Part shown: positions 61,098-64,000 of the stretch, piece by piece
Layout: each line of letters starts with the position of its first letter
Position numbering within the stretch: the stretch's first letter is position 1
Origin: Patellaria atrata CBS 101060
Taxonomy: Eukaryota
Assembly: GCA_010093705.1 (NCBI GenBank)
Contig: MU006109.1
Coordinates: 1-64,000 of the forward strand
DNA: 64,000 nucleotides
Direction: 5' to 3'
Notes under the pieces: generated by a model
What the model saw: the letters and a program-made list of their open reading frames with translations, nothing else
The model's database searches: none
What the model was told of the DNA's origin: nothing
Translations under genes and position numbers: made by a program

Positions 61098-62349
61098 ATG
61101 AGCCTACATCCGCCCAAGCCTGTTCCAGTACGTGACAGCTCCAGAGGATTCGGGATCGGGAGAGGCCTGCAACAAGATCACATCGCACCATTCAACCCCA
61201 GTGTCCTTGCTAAACCTCTGCCTGAAGGAAGGTGGATGGCTATTAGCAGAAACGACACTGCGACCCCTCCATCACCTTCTCCTCCGGGACCACCGCGCGA
61301 CTTTGGAGACGTCGTGATCGGTCAACGAGAAGCCATGTGGTCGCCCGAGAAAGAGAAGATACTACTAGGGCCTTTCGATCATTTATTTGGTCATCCAGGA
61401 AAGAATATAAGATCACAACTCATCGCAGCGTTCAATGTGTGGTTAGATGTAAGACCAGATAGCCTATCCATCATAACGAAGGCTGTAGGCATGTTGCATA
61501 CTGCCTCATTATTGTAAGCTTGACTATGTTGTCCATGAGTTGATCTCTCACTGATCTGTACATAGAATTGACGATGTAGAGGACTCTTCACTTCTTCGTC
61601 GCGGTGTACCCGTCTCACATAGCATTTTTGGTATCCCCCAAACCATTAACTCCGCAAACTACGTCTACTTTCTTGCACTGCAAGAGATTTTGCGACTCGA
61701 AAATGCCCGAGCCGTCCAAATATATACGGAAGAACTACTACATTTACACCGTGGGCAAGGGATGGATCTCTTCTGGAGAGACACGCTTACTTGTCCTTCT
61801 GAGCCCGAATATCTTGAAATGGTTTCTAACAAGACAGGGGGACTCTTTCGACTCGCTATCAAGCTTATGCACGCTGAGAGTATGTCACCACTCACCAAAA
61901 CAGATGATAACGCCGAAAATTTTGATAGAGCCAATGAGTTCCTCAGTGCCTGCACTACTCTCGTAGACACTATTGGTCTACTTTTTCAAATTCTCGACGA
62001 CTACAAGAATCTGCATTCGCAAACATACACCGCACAAAAAGGATTCTGCGAGGATTTGACAGAGGGGAAGTTCTCTTTCCCGGTCATACACTCCATCCGC
62101 ACGGATCCACAGAACCAAGTCCTCATCAACATCTTAAAGCAAAAGACTGAAGATATTGAAGTCAAAAAGTATGCAATAAGTTATATGGAAAAGACAGAGA
62201 GCTTCGACTATACCAAGAAGGTATTAGTACAGCTGAGAACGAAAGCATTGGAACAAGTAGCAACCCTAGAGGAAGCAGTTGGCGGAGAGCGAGGTGCCAA
62301 AGGTGCTCAAGCTTTGAGGGCATACCTAGAGGAGATGAAAGTTGCTTGA
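61098..62349 (+). CDS. BTS1: Geranylgeranyl diphosphate synthase, 2 exons (61098-61513, 61566-62349)
   Basis: [24 protein letters not shown] (FARM), [36 protein letters not shown]. Confidence 0.93.
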
Positions 62350-62708
62350 GTATGAGATGTTGCTTTGGAAGTAGTACTTGCATTTCCGAGGGGATATCAG
62401 CGTGACACGATTGAATTTAGCGTGTGCCTTACCTTGGGTTGTATAATACCAGAGCTGTACAATCGATCAAATGGTTCATTTTCTGATTATATCACTTTTA
62501 GAGTACTATGCTGTTTTAGCGCTGATAATGTCTATTACTCTGCCAGTCGTGCCCTGACCAGAACATATTACTCGTACAAGCTGTACAAGCCACATGTTCA
62601 TATTTGACATTCATTGTACAGAATATGTACAGTATTTGAAGAGGAGAGGTTTGAGGATAGGGTCCTACTGTGGCTGCGTTTGGGATAAAGTATTTCATCA
62701 ACTGAAAA

Positions 62709-63758
62709 TCACAGTTTACTCCTACCTTTCTCTTCTGCGTTTTGCTGCCGCTTATCCCTATTCTCTTGGGCCATGCGCAAGAGAGCATATAAAGTTTGCA
62801 ACCTCGGCATCTCAATCCCCTTTTCCCTTGCCATTCGAATTGGATTCCCCATAATTACTTCCAACTCCATCCGCGCCCCCTTTTCCCAGTCAAACCACAT
62901 GCTTGGCCGACTGCCGCTCGTGTTCTTCCGTGTAGACGCGAGAATCCTCTCTGGGGTTGCAAATTCGGCTGGAAGCGGTTGCCCTAGTACTTTCGGCGCT
63001 GTAGCCAAAACTTCTTCCATGACACCATTCAGGTGTATGGCCAATTCTGTGTCTAAAGACATTGCGTTATTAGACGATCCGCCACTAAGTACAGATGAGG
63101 GGTTCATAGATGCATTGATGGCTATCTTATGCCACCTCACCATCTGTAGCTTCCCGTGGGTGTACGCTTCCGCATCCTTAACACCCCCTTCTTGTAACAA
63201 TGCAACAAATTCCGCGTTTTGTTTCTCCGCCTCTCTATCACTGTCTTTCGTTCCCTCTTCCCCGCTATCTAAATGTGGTAAATACGGTCCTATGCTTATC
63301 CTCGTCCAGCGATTATGTGCAATCTTTCCATGCTCCGGTTGCGCCGCGCTCACGACCGTTACCGCGCTTAAAACTAATGTATCGGGAAACCGAACAACGT
63401 ACGGTGCTTCGATCCCCAGCCCGTTTTGGATCAGGACCACCACCGTCCGCGACCTGACCAACCCAGCCAAGATTGCGGAGTCATCACTCACGTCCGGCAG
63501 GGCCTTCGTCGACACGACGATGTAGTCCCACTCGATGTTCGCACCTCTCGCTTCATCTGGATTCGCAAAGACACGTGCGGGTTTGAAGATGTAGGAGCCG
63601 TATTGGGGAGATGTGACGTGGAAGCCAGATGCTTTGACAGCAGAGTAGTTGGAGCGGCAGATGACAGAGACAGAGGTGAAGGCGGCGAGGGCGAGACGAG
63701 AGGCGTAAAATGCACCTACGGCGCCAGCGCCGACGATGAGGATGTTAGTTCTGGACAT
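62709..63758 (-). CDS. Ketopantoate reductase (ApbA/PanE family)
   Basis: GAGAVG, VVSTKAL, LIQNGLGIE, RWHKIAINASMNP, PSMWFDW...MELEVIMGNP. Confidence 0.9.
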   Translation of the reverse strand: MSRTNILIVGAGAVGAFYASRLALAAFTSVSVICRSNYSAVKASGFHVTSPQYGSYIFKPARVFANPDEARGANIEWDYIVVSTKALPDVSDDSAILAGLVRSRTVVVLIQNGLGIEAPYVVRFPDTLVLSAVTVVSAAQPEHGKIAHNRWTRISIGPYLPHLDSGEEGTKDSDREAEKQNAEFVALLQEGGVKDAEAYTHGKLQMVRWHKIAINASMNPSSVLSGGSSNNAMSLDTELAIHLNGVMEEVLATAPKVLGQPLPAEFATPERILASTRKNTSGSRPSMWFDWEKGARMELEVIMGNPIRMAREKGIEMPRLQTLYALLRMAQENRDKRQQNAEEKGRSKL

Positions 63759-64000
63759 TGGGGGTGTAAATGGGGGAGCATGATGATGGCGGGTTGTTGG
63801 GTTAAAGTGAAGATCTGTTGCGGGATGCCGAATGGCGTCACACCGAGTGGAGGTCCGCGTTCGCTGACTAATCAGATGATACTGTTCTGGTTGCTCAAGG
63901 GAGTTGGGTATGCCACTTCAACTACTTCTCTACTAAGAATATCGGCTTTCTTCTATCTATGACATTAGAACTCCTGGCGGGGTTTTTACTCTCTATCGTA

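Noticed and set aside
61098..62349. GGPP synthase as part of the terpene cluster
   Set aside because: It lies 39 kb away among housekeeping genes, and triterpenes derive from FPP/squalene, not GGPP.
62773..63962. Long plus-strand ORFs (250 and 178 aa)
   Set aside because: Antisense shadows of the ketopantoate reductase. The same applies to the many short antisense ORFs over the P450s, OSC and DCP2.

Overview
Filamentous-ascomycete (Pezizomycotina-type) genomic DNA with short GT-AG introns and RIP-like AT-rich repeat relics. The main feature is a compact, apparently intact 8-gene fusidane-type (protostane triterpene antibiotic) biosynthetic cluster at about 5.2-22.1 kb. It holds a protostadienol-synthase-type oxidosqualene cyclase (DTTAE and APPGGMR motifs), three paralogous intronless CYP5081-like P450s, a classical SDR and one BAHD-type acetyltransferase. 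A divergently transcribed, intron-containing accessory pair (an unrelated P450 and an extended SDR) sits inside it. The gene count matches the fusidic-acid pathway layout rather than helvolic acid or cephalosporin P1, so the product is predicted to be fusidic acid or a new fusidane; that is inference. Left of the cluster are a nested, RIP-degraded transposon island (1-3.1 kb) and an RBR E3 ligase gene. Right of it is a ~15 kb accessory zone with pseudogenes (amidase, HET, orphans), a secreted beta-helix protein/GH43 arabinanase pair and a RidA gene. From 38 kb onward are conserved housekeeping genes (bestrophin-like, MPP-alpha, DMA1, IBA57, DCP2, DUF4112, NHP2, SIN Cdc14, GGPP synthase, ketopantoate reductase), interrupted by one decayed NLR-like gene. 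Family calls come from motif recognition only; no searches were run.
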